64,000 nucleotides of DNA. It comes from Bugula neritina (taxonomy: Eukaryota; Animalia; Bryozoa). Both the position numbers and the translations under genes were made by a program. The notes beneath the pieces were generated by a model. It was not told the DNA's origin. It saw only the letters and a list, made by a program, of their open reading frames with translations, and did no database searches. Shown here piece by piece: positions 1 through 11,815 of the stretch. How positions within the stretch are numbered: position 1 is the first letter of the stretch; the number at the start of each line of letters is the position of its first letter. Location of the stretch: NCBI GenBank assembly GCA_964035545.1, contig OZ037770.1, forward strand, positions 2,946,662 through 3,010,661, in the 5' to 3' direction.

Positions 1-345
1 TCAGTTGACATAGACCATCCTCCTTCATTAATTTGAAGTAAGTTTCTGATTTTATTCTAATTATAAAATTTCACAGCTTAGTCAATTGAATTTTGCAATT
101 ACTTTGAAGCAAAAGAAATTAGAAAAACTCAAATATAAAACTATTTTAACAGATTAATAAAATTGCAGCATTAACCTTTATTTAGTTTGAGTTTAGATAA
201 CTTTACTTTGTGCTGCACGTTTTGCTGCTATTTTGTTTTCTAGTAACTAGTTACGTTTTTGTTGCAAGTTACTTTTATAAAGAAAGCCATCTTTTACCAA
301 ATTATATGTAATTTCTCATAATCTAAACATCATTCTACTATTTAG

Positions 346-432
346 ACACTATATCACAACAGAACCTACCTGCTCCCACCTGTCACAAAGTATATGACTG
401 CCTGGCAAACAACACAGCTCTTCAAATATTCA
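346..432 (+). other. Non-coding exon-like CACCTG module (short type) upstream of NTase-TPR copy 1; the end of a long-type module lies at 1..37
   Basis: tttag|acactatatcacaac...cacctgtcacaaag...ttca|gtaagt; paralogous to 35143..35227. Confidence 0.6.
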
Positions 433-707
433 GTAAGTTTCTCTCTTTTGATAGTGTAATATCTAACAATAAAAGGTTACCATCTAGTTAGTAATGTGAT
501 TTTCCTTTTTGAGATGACTAAAATATGCATCAGGTTTATTTAGAAACTGCACAGATCAACAATAAAATGTAAGAAAGTGAGAAAGGCTAGAAAAAAAAAT
601 TGTTACCATTTGAATTTATTACTTTTTCTTAAGAAGTTGAAAAACTATGTATCTCTTTGCAGAAAGATGTATAATAACTTACTCGCTTATCTTGTAGAGA
701 ATAAGTA

Positions 708-3700
708 ATGGAGAGCTATAGAGACATTGGGAAGTTGGATGAGTTGACAGAGAAATACCAGAATGAGGCAAGAGATTCAAAGGGTGACTGGGTACCTTAC
801 CTTAAGGTGTGTATAGGTGACTGATTAATTTACATACTTAATACTTGCTACTTGTGATAGGCATGTATAATGAATATAATGAATACTGTGGTATTGTATT
901 TAGGCTCATGGGTTGGCCAACAGATGTCTTGCCAGAGAATGGACCGCAGAAAGACAGCGTAAAGTCTATGATATAGAAGAAAGCTGGTACAAAGGTAGGC
1001 ATCCACTTACATATGAGGAACATGAGCAGCAAACAACCAAACACTTACAGCTACTCAGAGAGTACAGAGATGAAACTAAATATGACTTTAAATCTATTGA
1101 TACAAAGCACTTAAACCTTGACAGTTACCCTTCAAAGGATCAACTGTCTTTCTTTTCTGATACTGTATTTAAACTAAGTCAGAAATGTAGTAACCAATTG
1201 ATTTCAGTCTGTGCGTCCATTATGCAGTCAAGTGTTGATAATCTTAGTAAGTCAGGTTTGGAGGTTCCTTGTTCTTTTGCTGTGATTGCATTGGGTTCTG
1301 TTGCTCGTGGTACAGCCACTCCTTACTCTGACTTAGAATATGCCTTCATTGTGGAGTCTGACAGTCACATGGACTACTTTACTAAATTAGCTGTTGATAG
1401 TTACTTTAGGATAGGGAACATGGGGGAATCTCCCTTGAAAACCTTTGATATTACTGAGATAGACAAGTCCTACAATGATGATGTGACTGTTGGGTTTCAC
1501 ATTGATGGCATATCAAAGAAAGCAGGGAATATCCCTACTGGAAGGGGTGATGGTGCTAAGAACTTGATCTTGATGCCAGATCAGTTAACCTGTGTGTATA
1601 GGGAAGCGTTGTGTTCACCTGCTAGTGACACAGCAGATATTGGTGACATTCTCTCTTCTTCAGTGTTGGTTTATTCCCACAAAAGTGGTGATGCTCTTTT
1701 TGAAACGGTGAAAGAAAATTTTCATAAAATCTTAGCAGAAGAAAGCTCAAGCGCATTGCTAATAAAAAAGCGATTAGCAGTGTTGGGAAATGATGTGAAT
1801 ACGTATAACTTTCAACCTAGTTTTGAGTCTTTTGGGCCTCCAGACAACACCCAGCTTAAAGTAAAGTCTGAATTATTTCGCTACCCAACACTTTTAGTTG
1901 ATCATCTGCGACTGCTCTTAGCTTTCTCTGAAACAAAACCTAGGGCGGTAATTGAGAAACTGAAAGAGTGTGGGTTTATAGATGATGCACAATGTTTCAG
2001 ACTAAACTTAGTATCAGCTTTAGCGATATACATAAGGACAGCAGCTTGTATTCAGCTACAATCTCAACAAGATAAATTTTCACTGTATCCTGCAGCAAAA
2101 TCAAACAGAAAAGTTTACTGCTTATTGCCTGATATTTTCATCCTGATGATCTACACAATTATCCCCTTCAAATTATGTATTGCCAAAAATTTGGTTTCAC
2201 TAACTAGCTTTGACACAACAGATAAGGTTGATGTAATGAAGGGGTTAGTAAGCAATTTAAATGTGCAGAGTTCATCTTTTATGGTAAAAGCTGAAGCTGA
2301 GTATTTCTGTGGATCCTATGAACAGGCAATAAAAACTATTAAAACCAACTGTGGTGAAGGAATATTTGCTGAGAGACCGGATTCATTTGCAAAGACTGTA
2401 AAAAGAATTGTCAAGCAAAACAAATCAGAAACATCAAGGTTATTAAATAGTGGCTCAAAGGAAGTAAAAACTTCTCAGCAACTGGTTGAACTGGCAGCCT
2501 ATTTGTTATACTCTTCACAAAATTTCCAGCTTTCTTTAAAATATTTTACTTGGCTAGCGGAAAATTCTAAAGAAACTTCAATTGATGTGTTGAAGTGGAA
2601 GATTTTGGCCATAGATTGTGCTAACAAACTTCACAACTATACGAATGCATTTTCACTGCTTGGAGATGTTTATTCTACTCTAAAGACTCAGTTTAACATG
2701 AGTAGAGGAGAAACTCCGTTCAGGTTTGTACAAAAAATGTCTACAAGCTGGAAAATTCCAGATGAAGACAAGCGATGGTGTGAAATTACTGCACAAGCTT
2801 TCAGAGTCCTCAGTGAAGCATGTAAAAACACAAAAAACTACATACAAGCAGAGGAAATGGCTAATATTGCGCTCACAGTTTTTGACAGACTGCACTCAGT
2901 TGACAAACAGGAAAGACTTGATAGCCATTACATTGAGCTGATAGTATCATTAGCTTTAATACATTCAGAGAAAGGAGAGCATGAGAGAGGTATTCAGTAT
3001 CTGAATCACTACCTTGATGAGTTGATAAAGCTCCACACTGACTGTGTTGATCACCCAGATGTTGCAATACTACTGAGAGGGTTGGGACTAATCTATGAAA
3101 ATATTGAAGACTCTGAAATGTCCTTGCATTTCTATAGCAGAGCTTTGTCTATGACAGAGAACCTGCACACCACAACTCATCATGGCAGTGTTGCTCAGTG
3201 TTATAGAGATGTGGCAGCTCTGGAAGTCAAAAGGTCAAACTATGATGCAGCACTGAAGAATTATCAAACAGCTAGACACATATATGATAGCATAGAAGCA
3301 GGCAATCATGAAAAAGCTAGTCTACTGGTAGAAGTGGGACTCCTTTACAGTCTTATGGGGGATTATGACTCGGCCCTTTCAAGTCTCAAATCAGCTCTTC
3401 AGATTTCACAGGCTACAGCAGAGACCACCCACATAGACATTGCAGACATACACTCTGCTTATGGTAGAGTATATAGTGAGATGGGAAAGGAAAAGCTTGC
3501 ACTCAAAAATCATGCAATGGCTTTAGAAATGACTAAAAACATATTTAATGAGATAAAGGACATCCCAATACTGGCCCAACTTCATGGAGAAATGGGGAAG
3601 TTTTCTATAGACTTAGGTACTAAGGCTAGACAATTGAATATAGAAAGAGCTAGCAGAGAGGTAAAAAGTGTTCATCCTGATATAGCCTCATGTTATCTTC

Positions 3701-4701
3701 AAGTTGGTAGAGTGTATGAAGATATGTGTCTTTATGATCAGGCCCTGCTTTATATGAACAGGTCATGTGACATGTATATTGCTGTACGTGGGAAGACAAA
3801 TCATGTAGACTTAGCTACTGCTTATGGTGAGCTTGGTAGTGTGTATGACAGCATGGGTGAATATAGCAAGGCACTAGAATACCATACTAAGTCATTAGAT
3901 ATGAAGCTAGCTGTCTATGGCAGTGAGGCTACACATGCACACATTGCTACTTCATATAACAATATTGGTCTTGTGTATGACAGCATGGGTGAATATAGCA
4001 AGGCACTAGAATACCATACTAAGTCATTAGATATGAAGCTAGCTGTCTATGGCAGTGAGGCTACACATGCAGGCATTGCTATTTCATATAGCAATATTGG
4101 TAGTGTGTATGACAACATGGGTGAATATAGCAAGGCACTAGAATACCATACTAAGTCATTAGATATGAGGCTAGCTGTGTATGGCAGTGAGGCTACACAT
4201 GCACACATTGCTATTTCTTATAACAATATTGGTCTTGTGTATCACAACATGGGTGGATATAGCAAGGCACTAGAATACCATACTAAGTCATTAGATATGT
4301 ACATAGCTGTCTATGGCAGTGAGGCTACACATGCACACATTGCTACTTCATATAGCAATATTGGTATTGTGTATGACAGCATGGGTGAATATAGCAAGGC
4401 ACTAGAATACTATACTAAGTCATTAGATATGCGGCTAGCTGTCTATGGCAGTGAGGCTACACATGCACACATTGCTACTTCTTATAGCAATATTGGTATT
4501 GTGTATAACAACTTGGGTGAATATAGCAAGGCACTAGAATACTATACTAAGTCATTAGATATGAAGCTAGTGGTCTATGGCAGTGAGGCTACACATCCTC
4601 ACATTGCTAGTTCTTATAAAAACATCAGTATTGTATATAAGAAAATGGGTGAATATGGAAAAGCACAAGAGTACCAGCTGAAAGCAGATGCTATAAGCTG
4701 A
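708..4701 (+). CDS. Nucleotidyltransferase (Pol-beta superfamily, GlnD/DUF294-like) plus TPR-repeat protein, copy 1; join(708..806,904..4701), ~1298 aa
   Basis: ATG at 708; 33-codon exon ending AAG|gt; acceptor tag at 901-903 in frame with ORF 913..4701. Motif ALGSVARGTATPYSDLEY (GS-x10-DxE), then a helical segment resembling DUF294_C/GlnD (VKSELFRYP..IEKLKECGFID..LAIYIR), then TPRs. Confidence 0.85.
3853..4644 (+). repeat. Six near-identical 132-bp (44-aa) TPR repeats
   Basis: Unit MGEYSKALEYxTKSLDMxLAVYGSEATHAxIAxSYxNIGxVYxx starts at 3853, 3985, 4117, 4249, 4381 and 4513. Confidence 0.95.
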
Positions 4702-5792
4702 GAAGCTGTTCTATATAAGATACCAGTATTTATATACAGGACCTCCCACTCTGTGTGTTACTCATCTCCCTATTAACTAGACTCTAGTCTCTCTCTACAG
4801 AACTCAGACTACTCTCTCTACTATGACTCATCTCTAGAACATTCTGGTATTTTCTAGAAGCTACAGTCTCTCTGTTTCTATACTCATGTTAATAATACAC
4901 TCAGTTTACTCAGGTCAAGTTTATGATGTAGTGTCACAGTAAGTCGTAGTTCAAAGGTCATTTACCAGGTGTATTCCTGTATACAGTCTCTCTCAGAGGG
5001 TATATTGTGGTCTTTCTAACTTCCTCTCCTTGTGAAATATCCAGCTCTGGTTTGTTTGTATATAAGTGCTTCTTCCATAGTCAGAGTTTATTGGTTGTTG
5101 TCTTCTCTCTGTTAAGTGGTCACAACTCCTGAATATCATTATAAACTATTTATAGATTCCATGTAAATATAGGTCAATATACTTTAAGAGTTTTAGCAAG
5201 TGGCCATACATTTGTATATATTATATTTGTGTATATTATGTTTTTATATTTTTCTATTTGTGAAAACCACATTGCATTGCATTCAATAATGTGAATTCTT
5301 TTATATATTAGAATTTTTCACATTTTGTTTTCTTTATTTCGCTGTATGTCAGGCAATTTATTTTATTCACAATTTACTCACCTCTTGTAAATTACTGTGT
5401 ATTTTGCTGTCACTAATTGTACATTTTATTGTATATTACTGTATATTTTGTATCATTTGTCATATTTGACAACATATTGTGTTTACAATATAAACTTTTT
5501 TATTTATTCTTTATTCAAGAATATATTATAAACTCAGAAACATACATTGCATGGCCATCATTTTCTCTTTTATGCTGTACACTCACTGTGTCATATATTT
5601 TTATTAAAGAATATGCAAATGCAGAAACACAATTATTCCAGAGAATTCTTGCTTAAATATGCTCAGTACTAGCTAGTTTTAATATATAATTAAGGCTAGT
5701 TGTTATTGATTGAAAGTTTGACTTTAATATTATTGGGAAACTCCATCATTACATAAGAGTAGAGAATATAAATCAGTGTAACTTCAGTATAA

Positions 5793-6136
5793 GCCTAGGG
5801 CCACACGGCGCGTATTTTCGCATGCGAAAATTGAAATCACAAGTAGCAAAGGTGTCCACTGTGTGCGTTGAGAAAACATTCGCACTTGTCGCTCTGCATT
5901 TTCAACGCAAGTGCGAATCGTCTCTGTCGACGTCACTTAATTGGCTGGTAGTTATTCGGCGAGCCCATTTTCTTTATTTTAGTGCAACATTCCAGTAAAT
6001 TGCGTTTTATTGAAAGCGAGTGCGATTTAAAAATGAAAGCTTTATTTATCACGCATCACTGACGCTACAGTGGACACATTTGCTACTTGTGATTTCAATT
6101 TTCGCATGCGAAAATACGCACCGTTTGGCCCTAGGC
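5793..6136. mobile_element. MITE, PIF/Harbinger (Tourist)-like, 344 bp
   Basis: ~80-bp terminal inverted repeats GCCTAGGGCC...GGCCCTAGGC with TAA on both sides; same family as 56394..56736, in the opposite orientation. Confidence 0.88.
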
Positions 6137-6204
6137 TAACAGTCTATACATAGCGCTGAGACAGTCAACACACACATAAAATAAGATAATTATCCAATCA
6201 ACAT

Positions 6205-6357
6205 CTCTTCCTGTTTATTTTCTCTCCTCTTCCTGTTTATTTTCTCTCTTCTTCCTGTTTATTTTCTCCCCCTTCCTGTTTATTTTCTCCCCTTTTCCTG
6301 TTTATTTTGTCCTTGTTTATTTTCTCTCCTCTTTCTGTTTATTTTCTTCCCTTCTCC
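6205..6357 (+). repeat. Pyrimidine-rich ~21-24-bp tandem repeat (cttcctgtttattttctctcct)
   Basis: About 7 degenerate copies, ending at the junction with the stranded TPR tail. Confidence 0.85.
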
Positions 6358-6358
6358 A

Positions 6359-7024
6359 AAGTCATTACATTATCTCACCTTGTCTCTAGACATGACTAAA
6401 GCTATACATGGTGACAATACCACTCACATAGCTATAGCATACACCTACCATAGACTGGGTAGACTGTATCATAACACAGGTCAATATACACACTCAGTAC
6501 ACTGCTATAACATGGCCCTGGTACAGAGAGATAGGTGTAATACTGCTCATCTCCCTCTATATACAGCTGTGTTAGTCAGTTTCTCTCAGACTATGATCTC
6601 ATTGTCAGACTACAAACACGCTAAGGGTCTCCTACTACTCGCTCTCAAACATTCACCTACTGACTACTGTAAGGATACTCAGGCTAATATCTGTCAATTC
6701 TTAGGATAGTGTTGTCTCCACTTACATCAGTACAGGAAGTGTTGGAAATATTTATATTCAGCTCTCTGTTACTATGAGTCACTTCCTTCCTCCAACTGGA
6801 AGATGAAACTTCTAGCTCAGGTTCATTTGTACATCTCCTACTTGTGCTTACATCTGGGTCATGTTTCACAGGCTATAGAACCTTCTGGGTTAGCCTTAGA
6901 TCTTGTAGAGGTCCTCTCAGTTGACAAGGAGAATGTAACTCCTGAAATTACTAGACTGTATACAGACATTACACACATGACTCTTGGTTTATATTCCACT
7001 CTCACTCTGTATGTTGATGTGTAA
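6359..7024 (+). pseudogene. Stranded C-terminal tail of the NTase-TPR gene
   Basis: KSLHYLTLSLDMTKAIHG...LTLYVDV matches ~39972..40637 of copy 2. ORFs 6380 and 6803 share a frame and are separated by TAG at 6707-6709, where copy 2 has CAG. Confidence 0.9.
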
Positions 7025-8216
7025 TCATACAGTTTCCTTGACTTCTCCTGCCCTAAAATCTTAGGTCAGTGTATATAGTATACCTCAGCTTTGAAGGGCT
7101 TTTGTGTTGAAAATGCGTCTTTTTGAACAATTTTGACTGCTTTTTTAATTTCACACTTTGTATATCATATTTATACTAGCACTTACTATATCTATAAAAT
7201 GTTGAATTGTTTATTTTTGTGTTTCCATTGCATCATCTTATTTTATTCTGAAATTTATATATATTCTTTGTATTCTTGAATATTATATTGATGACATTGT
7301 ATAAATTTTTTTGTAATATATTTAAACTTATGTGTTGTGTGTAACAGGAAAATAAACCAGATGTATATTATAAGAATTGAATAAGCATAATTTGACACCC
7401 TAAAATAACTTCAAATTAAAAACATAAATAAGAAAATTAAAAAAAGGAGTTATCCTCCTTTAGCAGAGAAAACTAAAATACAGCAAATAAATTATTCATT
7501 TAACAGATTACTGGAAATATAAAAAGTTGGTAAATTATTTTGAGTTCTTACAGCATATTCTTGAAATGATTGAACTGTGAAACACTTTCGTTTTGAAACA
7601 ATGCAGAATAAGAGACCCAGTTAGATAGTATTTACTTTACAAAACAAAATATATCCAAGTAATTTTTTAAATTAGCACCAGATATATAAATAATGAAATT
7701 CATTATAAAAAACCATATTAATGCTGCTACTTTCCACAAACAGCAGTCTCTTCTACTGGAGTTGTCGTTCTTTAAAAGCAGAGTCTATTTTCTGTTTCAG
7801 CCATTCATGCATAGTGACAGGGGGGTACTTAGAGCGTCCCACTAGACATTCTATTAGTGTGGTCTGGTCTGGAGTAGCAAAGATGGGATAGAAACTCTGT
7901 CAGCCTCCTGCAGGTGCATGTCATCTGACACCAACACTCGGTGCTTCTGAAAAACATAAACAGTTCTCAGGGAACAAAGAGCATAGTTCATGAAAATACT
8001 GCATTCTACAAATTTTAAGTCAAACTTGACTTTCTTCCATCAGGGTTTTTCTATAAAAATGTAACAAAGCAAAGCATGAATCACATCCACAGCAGAAATA
8101 TTATGTTTATCACATAGACAAGGTTACCAGTAGAGTAGCTCTTCAATTGTGTTCAATTAAATATGCAACAAGCAACATAACCTGGTAGAACTTGCTCGCT
8201 GTGTTTTTTGTAACTA

Positions 8217-8868
8217 TTGGTATTAGTAGTTAGTGTGACATTACTAATTAGTGTGATATACCTAGTTGAGGTGACATTACTAGTTAGTGTGACATCACTA
8301 GTCAGTGTGACATCACTAGTTAGTGTGACATTGCTAGTTAGTGTGACATCACGAGTTAGTGTGACATCACTAGTTAGTGTGACATCACTAGTTAGTAATA
8401 CATCACTAATTAGTGTGACATCACTAGTTAGTATGACATCACTAGTTAGTATGACATCACTAGTCAATGTGACATCACTGGTTAGTGTGACATCACCAGT
8501 TAGTATGACATCACTAGTTAGTATTACATCACTAATTAGTATGACATCACTAGTTAGTGTGACATCACTAGTTAGTATGACATCACTAATTAGTGTGACA
8601 TCACCAGTTAGTGTGACATCACTGGTTAGTATGACATCACCAGTTAGTGTGACATCACTAGTTAGTATGACATCACTAGTTAGTGTGACATCACTAGTTG
8701 GTATGACATCACTAGTTAGTGTGACATCACTGGTTAGTATGACATCACCAGTTAGTGTGACATCACTAGTTAGTATGACATCACTAGTTAGTGTGACATT
8801 ACTAGTTAGTATGACATTACTAGGTAGTGTGTCATCATTAGTTAGTGTGACATCACTAGTTAGTATGA
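8217..8868. repeat. 18-bp minisatellite (gtgacatcactagttagt), ~36 copies, intronic
   Basis: Direct inspection; it generates the spurious VTSLVS/TSDVTL ORFs. Confidence 0.95.
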
Positions 8869-10422
8869 CAGAACAAAGAGCATTTTTAATGTGAAGACAA
8901 ACCCAGTCTAGACTAAAGTTTTCTTGTTTATTTTCTCAATATAACACAACCCAGAACTCAGTCTATAGAATACAGTTGTATGGTAGATTTGATGTGTTTA
9001 TTTTCTCAATATAACACATTGCGGAACTTACATTAGCAACCAGAGTGTCTGACGTCCAGAACTGCATTACATCACCAATATTAACAATAATACCACCAGG
9101 GGGAGCTGTCACTGCCTCATATTCTCCAGTAGATCTATTCATCACCTGGTATAATATAATACACAGATACTACAAGCAGGGAAGATAACTTCTAAATGTT
9201 AGTAAATTAAACTAACAAATATGATAGAATTCAGAGCTCATTGTGTAGAGGTCAGGCACAACTAACTCATACAAGTATTATGTAATACGAACCTCTAGCC
9301 CAGGGCTATCTTGAATCAGTAAAGTAACGGAGCCGTAGTCACTGTGCTCCCAACATCTAACTTGGCCAGGTTCTAAGTCTACATTCACCGAACAAGCAAT
9401 CTTGTTAGCTCATCTGATTGGTTGAATAGGAAGTGATGTCACACTTGAAACTACATTCACACATGCAATATATTGTATACAATACCATAACTAACAGATG
9501 TAACTCTTATCCTTATACTTAGTATTCAAGGAAACATCTCAAGATTCCTACATATACATGATATACTATGTTGATGTTAATATTCTACTAAAATATGGTT
9601 TACTAAAGTAACACTGTCTGTTCTATTATATACACAGAATATACAACTATACTGTTACTCTTAGTATGTATGAATGTGCGTTGTACATACAACCAGTAAA
9701 ATATAGCCTAGGAATCTCATCTTTGCTGAGAGTGGCTGGGTAAAAGTTAACTCGAATAGCCGACTCGTTCTGAGAGGAACCAAAGCTATGAGAATTTGCT
9801 ATATAAGACGGTTCTTTCAGTCTTAGACCTAGGCCCATCAGCTTCATGAACTGCAGTGAGAGGGTAGACAGTCTCCCCCACCATTCCTTGAGAATTTTCA
9901 TAGAATATGGTATTTCCTAGAGAAAGTGTAAAATGTTATTAGCAAAGACTCACTCTTTACATTCTCAGTCTGGAATTTGTTAATTTTTAAAATAATGAAA
10001 CGAAACGATAAAAACTTCAAACAACATTATGCTGGACATTGTGTACAAAAATTATAGATATTCATCACAATACAAAGTGACTATGTCATACATGAAATAT
10101 TTCAATTTACACTCATATTTGCACTAATGTTTAGTACACACTACACACCTGACAATGAAACCATTTTACACTATAAACTCACTGTTTCTGCCATTACTGG
10201 TTGAAAGTTAAAAGTTTCCTTGTAGTCCCCTGCCTTCCTATCAGTAGAGAGAGTTTCTCGTCCAACATCCACCCACCCTGTGTTACTCATCAGTCCCTTT
10301 GTGTACAAACACTTTTCACTCTCTCCCAAACCAAAGAATTACTTTACTCCGTTCATCAATGTGTCCATCTGAAAGTGTGAAGCAGACAAAATAGAGTACA
10401 CTTAAACATTGAAACAATCTTT

Positions 10423-10643
10423 ACCTGTACACATACACTACACAGCAACAGCTAGCACCTGGGAGCATCTATACATATAAGCACTACAAAGCACCTGCTA
10501 GCACCTGAGAGTACATGTACATACACACTACAGAGCACTTGCTAGCACCTGGGAATACCTGCACATATACACACTACAGAGCACTTGCTAGCACCTGGGA
10601 GTACCTGTATATATACACTACAGAGCACTTGCTGACACCTGGA
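10423..10643 (+). repeat. ~44-46-bp minisatellite containing CACYTGCTAGCACCTG, ~5 copies, in oxygenase intron 1
   Basis: gcacctg recurs at 10455, 10501, 10545 and 10591. Confidence 0.85.
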
Positions 10644-11054
10644 GGCATCTTCATACAGTTGAAAGTGACTTCTGCAATGCTGATAGAAATATAAACAAAA
10701 CTAATAAATATTGACAATAAATAGAGAGTTACATACTATATGACATTCTCTCTAATCTGCTTCATATAAACACCTACACAATACTTGTATATTACCTCGT
10801 CTTGAGTTATTCCTGTGTTCACTAGACAGATAAATCCTACAGTCTTTAATGCTGATATTATGTCATCAGCCAGTGATATCTGTTCAGGAGTTATCTTCCA
10901 CAGTAGTGCTGCATCTCCTGGTATTGACTGTCCAGCAGTAAAGTCTATTACAAGCACTATTGGCTTCTCCATGGCACTATCTAAATATCAACAAAGGTAA
11001 ATAAGCTGAGTTGAGTAACTTGGTGGATGAGATACGAAATAAGTTGGCTTGAAC

Positions 11055-11815
11055 TTTATTAATGACATTTTAAACTGCGTTATACATAGTACAATCAGGC
11101 TTTTTGCTGACGACACTCTTGTCTATCTGCCCATTACTAATCCAAATGACAATCATTAACTACAGGAAGATCTTTCTAGACTTTATAGGTGGGCAGAAAA
11201 AAACAATATGAAGTCTAACTCAAAGAAAAGCAATGTCATCAGCTTTGGTAAAAAAACAGAAAACATGAAAAATGTCTTCACTTATAAACTAGGAGATCCC
11301 CTGAATAGAGTTGGAGTTGTAAAATACTTTAAAATATTGTTATCATCAGATTTAAAATGAAATAAGCATGTCGAAAATACAATATCAAAGGCGTACAGGG
11401 TGTTAATCAAGCTCACACCAGGAAATGTCCCAGAAAATGTTAAAATTCTTGCATATAAAACTCTTTGTAGACCTCTCCTGGAATATGCTGCTGAAGTATG
11501 GGACCTGCACAATAAACATCTAATAACAAAATTACAAGTTACTCAAAATAGGGCTGTATGGTTCATTAAAAATCTAAAGGGTAGAGAAGTATCGGTGACA
11601 GATGCCAAATTTGACCTAGGCTTGGAAACATTAAGAAAGCGCAGACAGTCACAAAGAATTTCTTTGTTGTGTCGTATTACTGCTAATGAGGATTTATTTC
11701 CAACCTTAACTAACACTCTTAAATCTATGAAATCCTCAACCCATAACATGAATACCCGTATTAACACCTTCAACGCTATAGCCTGTGATTCGAGCCTGTA
11801 CCTGCAGGATTTTCT
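11055..11815 (+). mobile_element. Degenerate 3' fragment of a non-LTR retrotransposon (CR1/L2/Jockey-group RT)
   Basis: Frameshifted translation gives IRLFADDTLVY, LQEDLSRLYRWA, SDLK*NKHV, KILAYKTLCRPLLEYAAEVWD. Confidence 0.85.

Larger units (their letters stand above)
7753..10972 (-). pseudogene. 2-oxoglutarate/Fe(II) dioxygenase (isopenicillin N synthase-like) pseudogene, copy 1, six coding exons
   Basis: Motifs VIDF..ALKTVGFICLVNTGI, GDYKETFN, IRVNFYP, EHSDYGSVTLLIQD..GLE, IIVNIGDVMQFWT, KHRV, RVS. Lesions: in-frame TAA at 10339-10341, donor GT>AT at 9720, 1-bp deletion near 7882. Confidence 0.85.

Noticed and set aside
3853-4644. Diversity-generating retroelement-like mutagenesis (variable codons often read NNT or NNC)
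   Set aside because: No DGR-type RT or separate template repeat is present, and many adenine-rich codons such as the adjacent AAT (Asn37) are essentially invariant. Selection plus repeat homogenisation explains the pattern.
8153-8894. ORFs of 225 and 104 aa (also 41859..42392)
   Set aside because: Translations of an intronic 18-bp minisatellite.
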